This document shows, one piece after another, positions 36,324 through 45,039 of a DNA stretch of 64,000 nucleotides. The stretch is from the NCBI GenBank assembly GCA_031414535.1, contig JANNVQ010000017.1, forward strand, positions 25,450 through 89,449, read 5' to 3'. Made by a program: the position numbers and the translations under genes. Below the pieces are notes generated by a model, which had not been told where the DNA came from, made no database searches, and saw nothing but the letters and a program-made list of their open reading frames with translations. Position 1 is the first letter of the stretch; every line of letters starts with the position of its first letter. The DNA is from Gemmatimonas sp. (lineage in GTDB: Bacteria; Gemmatimonadota; Gemmatimonadetes; Gemmatimonadales; Gemmatimonadaceae).

Positions 36324-38108
36324 TCAGTCGCCTCCTATTGCCCGGGCGACCGCGGGTTCCTGCTCAATCTCTTCTTCAAGCTGCTGACGACGCAGCAGCG
36401 TCCAGTATCGTCCCTTGAGTGCGAGCAGATCTTCGTGCTTACCCTGCTCAACCACTCGGCCCTCGTCCATCACCAAGATCCAGTGCGCATCGCGGATGGC
36501 CGTGATGCGGTGCGAGGCGATGATCGCGGTGCGCCCCACCAAGGCCTCACGTAGTCCGCGTAGAATTGCCGCCTCCGTATGCGTGTCCACCGCCGACAGC
36601 GCATCGTCGAGGATCACCACGCTGGGGCGTCTTGCGAGGGCCCGAGCCAACGCCGCGCGTTGCTTCTGGCCGCCGGAGAGATTGACACCCCGTTCACCGA
36701 TCTGCGTTTCCCATCCGCCGGGAAATCCTTCAATTGTCTCCGACAGTTGCGCCACACCCGCTGCCCAACGCGCGTCGTCCACGTTCGCGGTCCCGTACGA
36801 CAGGTTCGTTGTAAGGGTTTCGCTGAATAGGAGACTCTCCTGTGGGACGAAGCCAATCTCTCGGCGTAACACGTTCAGTGTGATGTTCCTCACATCAACG
36901 CCATCGAGCAGAATCCGCCCGCCCGTTACATCGGCGAGGCGGGGAATGAGCTCGAGCAAAGTGCTCTTGCCGCTGCCCGTGGCGCCCACAATGCCGAGCG
37001 TTGTACCGGCGGGAATGGTGACCGAGATGTCGTGCAATACTTCGCGCGCCGGCTCACCGTGGCGCGGTGGGTACGCAAAGCGCACGCCCTCGATTGAGAG
37101 CGCGCGGCCGCCAGTCGTCGGTGGCAACTCCGCTGGGTCGAGCGGATTCGCAATCATCGGAACGCCATCGAGGATTTCGAGCAAGCGAGTCATGGAGGCG
37201 GCGCCGCGCTGAAAGAGGCTGGTTACCCAGCCCAATGCGATCAGCGGCCAGGTGAGATTGGACAGGTAAAGTCCAAATGCCACGAAGGCTCCAATGCTGA
37301 TTGTACCGGCCACAACCTGCGCCCCGCCGAAGCCGAGCACGGCCGCAGCGCCCAATCCGGCGAAAAATGTGAAGCTCGGGCCCATCATCGCATTGAGCCG
37401 TACGAGGGCCACATTTCGCTGCAAATAGTCCTCGCTAATGCCGTCAAACCGCCCCTGCTCGGCGGCCTCCTGACGGTACGCGCGGATGATGCGGAGGCCA
37501 GACAGATGCTCCTGCACCAATGTGGTAAGGTCCCCAAACCGGGACTGAACGCGCTCAAAGCGGTCGTGAATCGCCTTCCCAAGCCGCAGGGTTATGAGCG
37601 GCAAAACGACCATCGGCCCGAGCGCGATGAGTGTCAGGCGCGGTGAAATCGCGATCATAAACGACAGCGCGAAAACCCCACCAAAAATGGTGTTAGTGAG
37701 GTACATAACGGCCGGACCAACGGCCATGCGAACTGCGCCTAAGTCGTTGGTGAGCTTAGCCATAAGCTCACCGGTGCGCGTGCGGCTGTACCAGCCCGGG
37801 TCGAGAAGCGCCAGGCGGGCGAACAACTCCTCGCGCAGGTCGTGCTCGATGACACGCGAGACCCCGTTGAGAATGTTACGCATCTGAAAACGGAACACGG
37901 CCATGGTGAGCGTGACGCCAATCATCGTGGCCCCAATCTTGACGATGTCCCGAACGGGAGCGCCGCGCTCCATAGCTTCAACGGCCTGACGAATCAGGGT
38001 CGGAATCCAGGCAAACATCGCCGTGGATATGACGACGCAGAGCAACCCGTACGCGATGCGTCCCCTATAGGGTTTAACCCAAGGGAGCGCGCGTCTCAGC
38101 GAACTCAT
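36324..38108 (-). CDS. ABC exporter, fused permease/ATPase (MdlA/YheI-like)
   Basis: About 6 TM, GATGSGKST, LSGGQKQR, ILDDALSAVD, SHR. GGAG RBS before ATG 38108. Confidence 0.93.
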   Translation of the reverse strand: MSSLRRALPWVKPYRGRIAYGLLCVVISTAMFAWIPTLIRQAVEAMERGAPVRDIVKIGATMIGVTLTMAVFRFQMRNILNGVSRVIEHDLREELFARLALLDPGWYSRTRTGELMAKLTNDLGAVRMAVGPAVMYLTNTIFGGVFALSFMIAISPRLTLIALGPMVVLPLITLRLGKAIHDRFERVQSRFGDLTTLVQEHLSGLRIIRAYRQEAAEQGRFDGISEDYLQRNVALVRLNAMMGPSFTFFAGLGAAAVLGFGGAQVVAGTISIGAFVAFGLYLSNLTWPLIALGWVTSLFQRGAASMTRLLEILDGVPMIANPLDPAELPPTTGGRALSIEGVRFAYPPRHGEPAREVLHDISVTIPAGTTLGIVGATGSGKSTLLELIPRLADVTGGRILLDGVDVRNITLNVLRREIGFVPQESLLFSETLTTNLSYGTANVDDARWAAGVAQLSETIEGFPGGWETQIGERGVNLSGGQKQRAALARALARRPSVVILDDALSAVDTHTEAAILRGLREALVGRTAIIASHRITAIRDAHWILVMDEGRVVEQGKHEDLLALKGRYWTLLRRQQLEEEIEQEPAVARAIGGD

Positions 38109-38191
38109 TTGCCCCACTCCATTGATACTGGCTGGATCTCGTGAGACCTTTCGATGTTATCAAATGTCCCCACATACAGGAGAGGTTCCAT

Positions 38192-38959
38192 ATGAAGACG
38201 AATATTATTCGCCGTACGGTCGCATCGCTCGCCATTCTTGGATTAGCTGCTTGTGGCGGCGACAAGGGTGAGGAAGGCCGCGAGATTGAACTCGCGCCCA
38301 CCGATTCCATGTCCGCCATGAACGACGCCGCGCCGGCCGCTGCGCCGACCCCGACGCCCGCTCCCGCGACGGCGAGCCCGGTCACACCGCGCCCGGCCCC
38401 GCGTCCAACCGCCGCCGCTGGCTCACGCACCGGTGCGCTCTCCGCTGGCGCCACGATGGCCCTCGCCTCCGGCTCGCGCGTCTGCACCAACACGCACAAG
38501 GTCGGTGACCGCTTCACGGCGCTCACCACGGGCGAGCTCTTCGCCACAAACAGCGTCACCATCCCAACTGGCTCCGAAGTCACCCTCGAAGTCGTGGAGT
38601 CAGCTCGCGGTCAGAACTCCCGCGATCGCGTGAAGCTTGCGTTCAAGCCCGTGTCCATCAACGTGCGTGGAACGACAATCGCACTCGCGGCCGATGTGAC
38701 CCAGGTTGCGGCGCTCGACGTCGCGCGCGTGCAGTCCACTGGTACGCAGGTTGAGAAGGTTGCGGTTGGCGCGGCCGCTGGCGCGATTGCGGGTCAGGTA
38801 CTGGGCCGTAACACCAAGAGCACAGTTGTCGGCGCTGCAGTCGGTGCCGCAGCAGGTGGCGCAGTTGCCGCCGCAACGACGGATTACGACGGTTGCTTGG
38901 CTGCCAACGCACCGCTCACGGTGACGCTGGCGTCCAGCCTGACGGTGCGCGGCGCGTAA
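38192..38959 (+). CDS. Lipoprotein with Pro/Ala linker, beta domain and glycine-zipper hairpin
   Basis: AGGAGAGG RBS, lipobox LAAC, GAAAGAIAG..GAAVGAAAG. Confidence 0.8.
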   Translation: MKTNIIRRTVASLAILGLAACGGDKGEEGREIELAPTDSMSAMNDAAPAAAPTPTPAPATASPVTPRPAPRPTAAAGSRTGALSAGATMALASGSRVCTNTHKVGDRFTALTTGELFATNSVTIPTGSEVTLEVVESARGQNSRDRVKLAFKPVSINVRGTTIALAADVTQVAALDVARVQSTGTQVEKVAVGAAAGAIAGQVLGRNTKSTVVGAAVGAAAGGAVAAATTDYDGCLAANAPLTVTLASSLTVRGA

Positions 38960-39000
38960 TCGCCGTGCCCCATCGGGGCAGTACGAGGTAAAATGCTCCG

Positions 39001-40728
39001 CTAGTAGCCAGCGGCGCCGCCTGCCGAGCGTGGTTCATGCACGCCGTGCCAGACGGCGCCGCTTCTCATAACGGCGTTGACGTTCGCGATGCCCTCCTGC
39101 GGCGTGAGAACATGTCCCATCCGTCGCAGGCGGCGCAGCGTTAGCTCACTGAAGCCCACCGTCTCGTGGCGAATGGCGTCTGGGAGCGCCTGATGGTGAA
39201 TGCGCGGCGCACGCATCGCCTCCGTAAGCGGCATGCCAAACTCAATCACGTTCAAAATCACCTGTGACGTCGCGGTGATGATGGTTGGGCCGCCAGCCGC
39301 GCCGACCACGAGCAACACCTTGCCTTCGCGATCAAGCACAATCGTCGGCGACATCGCCGAGAGCATGCGCTTGCCAGGCTGAATGGCATTCGCCTCGCCT
39401 TGCACCAAGCCAAACATGTTCGCAGTGCCCGGCTGCGCGGCGAAGTCATCCATCTCGTTGTTCATGAAGAACCCACCATCGCGCACCCATACCGCGCTGC
39501 CGTACCCTCCGTTGAGGGTGGTCGTGGTTGCCACGGCATTGCCCATGGCATCCACGACGGAGTAATGCGTTGTGTGGTCGGGCTCGGCGCCCGTCTCAAA
39601 CTGTGGTGTGCGGGTGGCCCGACGGCGGTTGATTGTCGAGGCGAGCGTATCTGCGTATGCCTTCGAGACGAGTTGCGCACGCGGCACGGGTACGAAGTCA
39701 GGGTCCGCCAGTTTTGCATTGCGATCCATAAACGCCCGGCGAAACGCCTCAGAGAGCAGATGCATGTACTCCGGGCTACCAAATGGAGGGAGCGGCGCGA
39801 ACTTCTCGAGAATATTGAAGGTCTCCGTCATCGTGATACCGCCTGAGCTCGCCGGCGGCATGGTGATGAGGGTGTACCCTCGATACGTGGACACCACGGG
39901 CTCACGCCAGCGCGGCTCGTACCGTCGCAAATCCTCGCGAGTGATGATGCCCGCTCCGCGCTGCACCTCTGCCACCAGCACTTCAGCCACGGGCCCATCG
40001 TAAAAGGCCTTCGGCCCTTGCTCGGCAATCAGCTGCAGCGAACGAGCGAGGTCCGGTTGCACAAGCGTCGTGCCCGGTGCTGGCGCGGTACCGTTTGGGT
40101 AAAAGGTGGAGCAGCCTTCGTACGCACAGAGCCGTTGCTGAGCGCCACGCAGCGACCGATACAAATTGCTGTCCACGGCAAAGCCTTCACGCGCGAGGCG
40201 AATGGCTGGCGCCATCACTTCGGCGAGCGTCTTGGTGCCGTACTTCTGGAGCGCTTCGTGCATGCCCGCCACGGCACCTGGCACACCAGAGGCGAGGTGT
40301 CCCGTGAGTTGACGGCCGGTCAGTTTTCCCGTGGAGTCCACATACATGTTGCGTGTCGCCGCAAGCGGGGCGACCTCGCGGTAGTCCAGTGTGCCCGTGC
40401 GGCCATCGGACATGCGGATGACCATGAAGCCGCCGCCACCGATGTTGCCGGCAAATGGGAAAGTCACCGCCAATGAAAATCCGACCGCGACGGCCGCGTC
40501 CACCGCGTTTCCACCAGCTTTGAGAATCTCAACACCAGCCGCACTCGCGAGGGCGCTGTTGCTGGAAATCATCGCGTCGTTGCCAACAACTGGCGCCTGC
40601 AGTTCAGGAAAGCGCCATCCACCGGCGAAGGTGCCGCTGAGCCGTGCGTCGCCCGCTGTCGCACTCGGGCGACACGCGACAATCGCAAGCGAGGCAAGCA
40701 GCACGAGCCCAACCGGACGACGCATCAT
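39001..40728 (-). CDS. ggt: Gamma-glutamyltransferase (lipoprotein)
   Basis: GGNAVDAAVA, NIGGGGF, DYRE, TTHYSVVD, NNEMDDF, PGKRMLSAMSP, GAAGG. ATGA overlap with the upstream gene. Confidence 0.95.
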   Translation of the reverse strand: MMRRPVGLVLLASLAIVACRPSATAGDARLSGTFAGGWRFPELQAPVVGNDAMISSNSALASAAGVEILKAGGNAVDAAVAVGFSLAVTFPFAGNIGGGGFMVIRMSDGRTGTLDYREVAPLAATRNMYVDSTGKLTGRQLTGHLASGVPGAVAGMHEALQKYGTKTLAEVMAPAIRLAREGFAVDSNLYRSLRGAQQRLCAYEGCSTFYPNGTAPAPGTTLVQPDLARSLQLIAEQGPKAFYDGPVAEVLVAEVQRGAGIITREDLRRYEPRWREPVVSTYRGYTLITMPPASSGGITMTETFNILEKFAPLPPFGSPEYMHLLSEAFRRAFMDRNAKLADPDFVPVPRAQLVSKAYADTLASTINRRRATRTPQFETGAEPDHTTHYSVVDAMGNAVATTTTLNGGYGSAVWVRDGGFFMNNEMDDFAAQPGTANMFGLVQGEANAIQPGKRMLSAMSPTIVLDREGKVLLVVGAAGGPTIITATSQVILNVIEFGMPLTEAMRAPRIHHQALPDAIRHETVGFSELTLRRLRRMGHVLTPQEGIANVNAVMRSGAVWHGVHEPRSAGGAAGY

Positions 40729-41396
40729 TCGCGCACTCCCAAAGCCTGCCAACGCAGGCCGATTCGTGTGGTGTACTGCTCTTGGGCCCGGCGCGTCCCA
40801 GGCGGAAGCCCCTTGCCCGATCCAATCACCGTCGCGTAGTCCTGCGCCAGCGACACCGTGGCACGCTTGCCCAACGGAATGGAGAGACCATAGCCGAGCA
40901 CGAAAGCCAAGGCGTTGCGAGGCTTGGCTTCATCGTCGCTGAGGATGTCGGTGCCTGAATAGTTGAGCCACTGCGAGAGACCAACGCCCACCTCAATCAC
41001 CTGCCCAAAGCCGCGCGGCTGCGGCGAGCGAAACGTCCCCAAGAATTGGCGTTGTTGAATGTCGCCTACGGAGCTTGTGGCGTTTCCACGCTGGATGGGT
41101 ACCCTGGCAAAGCTTGCGGCAACGCCAATCGTGCCGATCCCCGCTCCCACATCGGCGCCGACTCGGTACTGCCAGCCATCACCGAGGAACCACGGCTGGC
41201 CGCTCTGTCCGTCAAAGCGATTCTGCGTGAGGAAGTAGCCCGCCGAGGCGTGCACGAAAATGGGTAGCGATGATTCGTCGCTCGACGGCACCTTAATAAG
41301 CTGCGCCTCGAGCGGACGCGAGGCACAAAGCGCGAGGAGCGCGAATCCGACAAGGGCAGCGGAGAACCCACGCCTAGCAGTGCGAGAGGTGGTCAC
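40725..41396 (-). CDS. Exported hypothetical protein, probable outer-membrane beta-barrel
   Basis: Signal peptide ..LEA-Q and Gly/aromatic amphipathic strands. GTG 41396 is preceded by TAAGTT-N7. Confidence 0.65.
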   Translation of the reverse strand: MTTSRTARRGFSAALVGFALLALCASRPLEAQLIKVPSSDESSLPIFVHASAGYFLTQNRFDGQSGQPWFLGDGWQYRVGADVGAGIGTIGVAASFARVPIQRGNATSSVGDIQQRQFLGTFRSPQPRGFGQVIEVGVGLSQWLNYSGTDILSDDEAKPRNALAFVLGYGLSIPLGKRATVSLAQDYATVIGSGKGLPPGTRRAQEQYTTRIGLRWQALGVRE

Positions 41397-41439
41397 GAGA
41401 AGTAACTTATCCCGAGTGTCCTCGGCTCGGCACCCAAGT

Positions 41440-41468
41440 GCCGTTTCATCCGTCATCCGTCATCCGTC
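41440..41468 (+). repeat. GCCGTTTC-(ATCCGTC)x3 array abutting the murQ start codon
   Basis: Three exact ATCCGTC at 41448-41468, then TTG 41469. Confidence 0.85.
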
Positions 41469-42386
41469 TTGCTCGATCCGCGCATCACCGAGCGCCGCAA
41501 CCCCCGCAGCGCCGACATCGATCTCGCCTCCGTGCTCGAGATCGTGGATTTGATGAACGCTGAGGACCGTAGCGTCGCCGACGCCGTGGCCACGCAGCGC
41601 GAGCCCATCGCACGAGCCATTGCTCTGGTTGAGGGCGCATTCCGCGAAGGACACCGCCTGTTCTACGTTGGTGCTGGCACCTCCGGCCGACTCGGCGTTC
41701 TCGATGCCGCCGAGTGCCCGCCGACCTTCGGTAGCGACCCGGCGATGGTGCAGGGCATCATCGCCGGTGGCGTTGCAGCACTGACGCAGGCACAGGAAGG
41801 CGCAGAGGATCGCCCCGACGGCGCCCGCGAGGACCTCACCGCCGCCGGCGTGTCGCGCGGCGATGTGCTCATTGGTATCGCGGCGAGCGGTACCACACCC
41901 TACGTGCGCGCTGCCCTCGCACACGCCGCGACGCTCGGAGCGCATCCCATCATCCTCGCCTGTTCGCCGCCGCCGGCAGAGCTGCTGGCCAGCGTAGAAG
42001 TAGCCATCCTTCCCATCACCGGCCCCGAGGTGGTGACTGGCTCTACGCGTTTGAAGGCGGGCACGGCGACGAAGCTCGTGCTCAACACCATCACCACCGG
42101 CGCGATGGTGCGCATCGGCAAGACCTACGGCAACTTGATGGTGGATCTACGCGCGACCAACGACAAACTGCGGGATCGGGCGGAGCGTCTGGTCATCACC
42201 ACCTGCGACGTGCCGCGTGACGCGGCGCGCAGCTTGCTTGCGCGCGCCGATGGGAGCGTGAAGCTCGCCATCGTCATGCACAAGCTTAGCCTCGATGCCA
42301 GCACTGCGCGTGCCCGGCTCGATGCGGTTGGTGGCGTCATTCGTCGCGTCATCGCGGATGCACCGCCGCCGGTGGGACCGCTATGA
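41469..42386 (+). CDS. murQ: N-acetylmuramic acid 6-phosphate etherase
   Basis: TERRNP, GAGTSGRLGVLDAAECPPTF, AASGTTPYV, GPEVVTGSTRLKAGTA, GNLMVD. Confidence 0.96.
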   Translation: MLDPRITERRNPRSADIDLASVLEIVDLMNAEDRSVADAVATQREPIARAIALVEGAFREGHRLFYVGAGTSGRLGVLDAAECPPTFGSDPAMVQGIIAGGVAALTQAQEGAEDRPDGAREDLTAAGVSRGDVLIGIAASGTTPYVRAALAHAATLGAHPIILACSPPPAELLASVEVAILPITGPEVVTGSTRLKAGTATKLVLNTITTGAMVRIGKTYGNLMVDLRATNDKLRDRAERLVITTCDVPRDAARSLLARADGSVKLAIVMHKLSLDASTARARLDAVGGVIRRVIADAPPPVGPL

Positions 42387-43528
42387 GCGGTGATGTGCTC
42401 GTTGGTCTGATGTCGGGCACTTCCCTCGATGGCATCACGGCCGTCGCTGCGCGCTTTACCGAGGACGAGCAGGGCCGTGTGCATCCGGAGCTACTCGCCC
42501 ACGTTGAGCGTCCGTACACCGGTGGCCAGCGTGCCCGCCTCGCCGCAGCGATGCAAGGCGCGACGCCCGCCGAGTACACGAGGCTCGACTTCGCGCTGGG
42601 CGCGTGGCTCGCCGACGCCGCTGTTGCCGCTATCGCGGAGTGTGGCGTGGCGCGCGCGGATATTCGCGCCATCGCCTCGCACGGGCATACGCTGTGGCAC
42701 GCAGCCCCCCACGGTACTTGGCAGTTCGGTCAGCCAGCCGTCATCGCCGAACGCACGGGCGTAGACGTCATTGCGGACTTTCGCGTGCGTGACGTCGCGG
42801 CGGGCGGGCAGGGCGCTCCGCTCGTGCCCATCGCCGACGCACTGCTCTTCGCGCGGCCTGACAGCTGGCGTCTGCTGCAGAACCTGGGTGGCATTGGTAA
42901 TCTGACCCTGCTCCCTCCGCTTACAGCGGCGGCGCCGGATCTGACGGCAGTACGTGCCTTCGATACCGGCCCCGGCGTCTGCATCGTGGACGGTGCCGTT
43001 CGCTTGCTGCGTCCCGGACTCAGTTTCGACCGGGATGGCGCACTCGCACTGAAAGGCCGCGCGATTGAATCGGTCATTGAGTCACGCCTCAGTGATGCAT
43101 GGTTTGACGTTGCGCCGCCAAAGAGCACGGGTCGTGAGCGGTATTCCACGTCCTACATCGCGGAGTTCGTCGCCCAGTGCCGCGCGGAGCGTCCGGGCTG
43201 CAGCGACGAGGATGTCATCGCCACGGCCGTCTGGTTCACTGCACGCAGCATCGGGAAGGCGGTACAGAACTTCGTGCCACAGGAGCTCGGCGACGTGTTG
43301 CTCTCCGGCGGGGGCGCACGCAACCCGGCTCTGCGCGAAGCCATCGCGATGGTGTTGTCGCCGCGTATCGTGCGGCCCTTCGGCGAGGTGTACTTCGACG
43401 GTGATGCCAAGGAGGCCGTGGCCTTTGCCTTTTTAGGATGGCTGCATCTGCATCGCCGCTCTGGCAACGTTCCGTCGGCAACTGGCGCTCGGGGCCCGCG
43501 CATTCTCGGCGCGCTCTACCCCGCGTGA
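42383..43528 (+). CDS. anmK: Anhydro-N-acetylmuramic acid kinase
   Basis: GLMSGTSLDG, SHGHT, DVAAGGQGAPLVP, NLGGIGN, FDTGPG, PKSTGRE, KEAVAFA. Confidence 0.96.
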   Translation: MSGDVLVGLMSGTSLDGITAVAARFTEDEQGRVHPELLAHVERPYTGGQRARLAAAMQGATPAEYTRLDFALGAWLADAAVAAIAECGVARADIRAIASHGHTLWHAAPHGTWQFGQPAVIAERTGVDVIADFRVRDVAAGGQGAPLVPIADALLFARPDSWRLLQNLGGIGNLTLLPPLTAAAPDLTAVRAFDTGPGVCIVDGAVRLLRPGLSFDRDGALALKGRAIESVIESRLSDAWFDVAPPKSTGRERYSTSYIAEFVAQCRAERPGCSDEDVIATAVWFTARSIGKAVQNFVPQELGDVLLSGGGARNPALREAIAMVLSPRIVRPFGEVYFDGDAKEAVAFAFLGWLHLHRRSGNVPSATGARGPRILGALYPA

Positions 43529-44979
43529 GCCAGCCACTCGGCGCGCTGCTCATTCCTGAGTTGCGCTGGGATCCGCAGCACGGGTACACGCATATGCAGG
43601 GGTTGGTGGACGACGCCCTCGAGATTGGCGTCGGCGGCTTCCTCATCGCGAATGGTCCGCGCGCACAGGTGGCCGAACTCGCCGCCGTGCTGCAGCGCGC
43701 GTCGCGGCATCCTCTGCTCATCGCGGCGCCGGCGGAACGCGGCGCCGGGGCGGCGATTGACGGGTGCACCGGTTTGCCGCCGTTCGCCGCGCTCGGCGCA
43801 CTCCACGACGAGGATGTCCTACGCCGTGCGGCACGGCTCACCGCGCGCGAACTGCGCGGCGCTGGTGTGAACTGGGCGCTCGCACCATCGGCAGATCTCG
43901 CGGTGGAACCGGCCAACCCGTTCATCGGCGCGCGCGCGCTGCATCATGACGCGCAGAAGGTCGCGGAGTGGCTGGTGGCGTGGATAGACGCCTGCCAAGC
44001 CGAGGGTGTGCTCGCGACTGCCATGCACTTACCCGGCGAAGGTCGCGCGCTCGAGGATCCTACGCTCGGTGAAGTAATCGTGAGTGCGCCGGGAGCCGGG
44101 CTGTGGGGCACTGACCTTGTACCGTTTCGTGCCGCGGTAGACGCTGGCGTGGCAACGGTCCTCGTGTCTACGGTGTCGTACTCAAAACTCGACACAAGTG
44201 GAGCAGGCGCCGCCTGGTCACGCGTCATTCTGCAGGAGCTGCTACGCGATGAGCTGCAGTACGAAGGTCTCATCGTGGGGCCACCGCCGGCCGTGGGCGG
44301 CGCACGTATCGTTGGCGACGAGGGTCTTGCTGCCACTGCAATGCTCGATGCAGGCTGTGATTTGATTCTCGCACCGCAGAATGTGGACTTGGTGATTGAG
44401 CGAGTGGAGCGCGCACTGGACGCGGGCCTTCTGGACATCACTCGGCTCGAGGCCAGTGCCTCACGGCGCGATTTCTGGGCCGCATGGGGACGTGCCGAGC
44501 ACGGGAGAGAGCCAACGCTGGACGACGTGCTCTGGGCTCGTCAGGTGAGCGATACCGTGATTCACGCGCCTCGCGGCGTCTTTGCAAACATTGGACCCGT
44601 TGTGGACGTCATACTTGTAGATGACGATGTGAGCGGCGCCGCGCGGGAATCGGACTTTGCGCCGTTTCTTGCAACGCTGCGCGCCGTGGGCTTGGGGCCC
44701 CGAGTGGTCGTGGGCCCAACCGACGAGGGGCGCGGCGCGGTGTGCATCGTGATTCGCGGTGCCCCGAGCCCTGGTCGCGCGCGGGCTGGATACTCACCGA
44801 ATACGCGCCAGCGAGTGGCACAGGTTGTGGCGGAGGCTCGCACGGTTCGGCGCTCGGTGGTGGCGCTGATCCTAGGGCCGCCTTCGCTTGCCGCGGAGAT
44901 TCCAGAAGTGCCGAACGTGATTTGTGCTTGGGGCGCCGACCGAGCGATGCAGGAAGCGGTCGCTAGACGAATTGCGTAA
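43525..44979 (+). CDS. Glycoside hydrolase family 3 (NagZ-like) protein with degenerate catalytic motifs
   Basis: GH3 framework (GVNWALAP, DLVPFRAAVDAGV, LLRDELQYEGLIV, AGCDLIL) downstream of murQ-anmK, but KHFPGHG reads MHLPGEG and the nucleophile Asp is not visible. Confidence 0.8.
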   Translation: MSQPLGALLIPELRWDPQHGYTHMQGLVDDALEIGVGGFLIANGPRAQVAELAAVLQRASRHPLLIAAPAERGAGAAIDGCTGLPPFAALGALHDEDVLRRAARLTARELRGAGVNWALAPSADLAVEPANPFIGARALHHDAQKVAEWLVAWIDACQAEGVLATAMHLPGEGRALEDPTLGEVIVSAPGAGLWGTDLVPFRAAVDAGVATVLVSTVSYSKLDTSGAGAAWSRVILQELLRDELQYEGLIVGPPPAVGGARIVGDEGLAATAMLDAGCDLILAPQNVDLVIERVERALDAGLLDITRLEASASRRDFWAAWGRAEHGREPTLDDVLWARQVSDTVIHAPRGVFANIGPVVDVILVDDDVSGAARESDFAPFLATLRAVGLGPRVVVGPTDEGRGAVCIVIRGAPSPGRARAGYSPNTRQRVAQVVAEARTVRRSVVALILGPPSLAAEIPEVPNVICAWGADRAMQEAVARRIA

Positions 44980-45039
44980 AAGCGAACCTCGCGGGCCCCC
45001 CATCCCGTAGGTACACTATCCACTAACCCTATCCCATCC

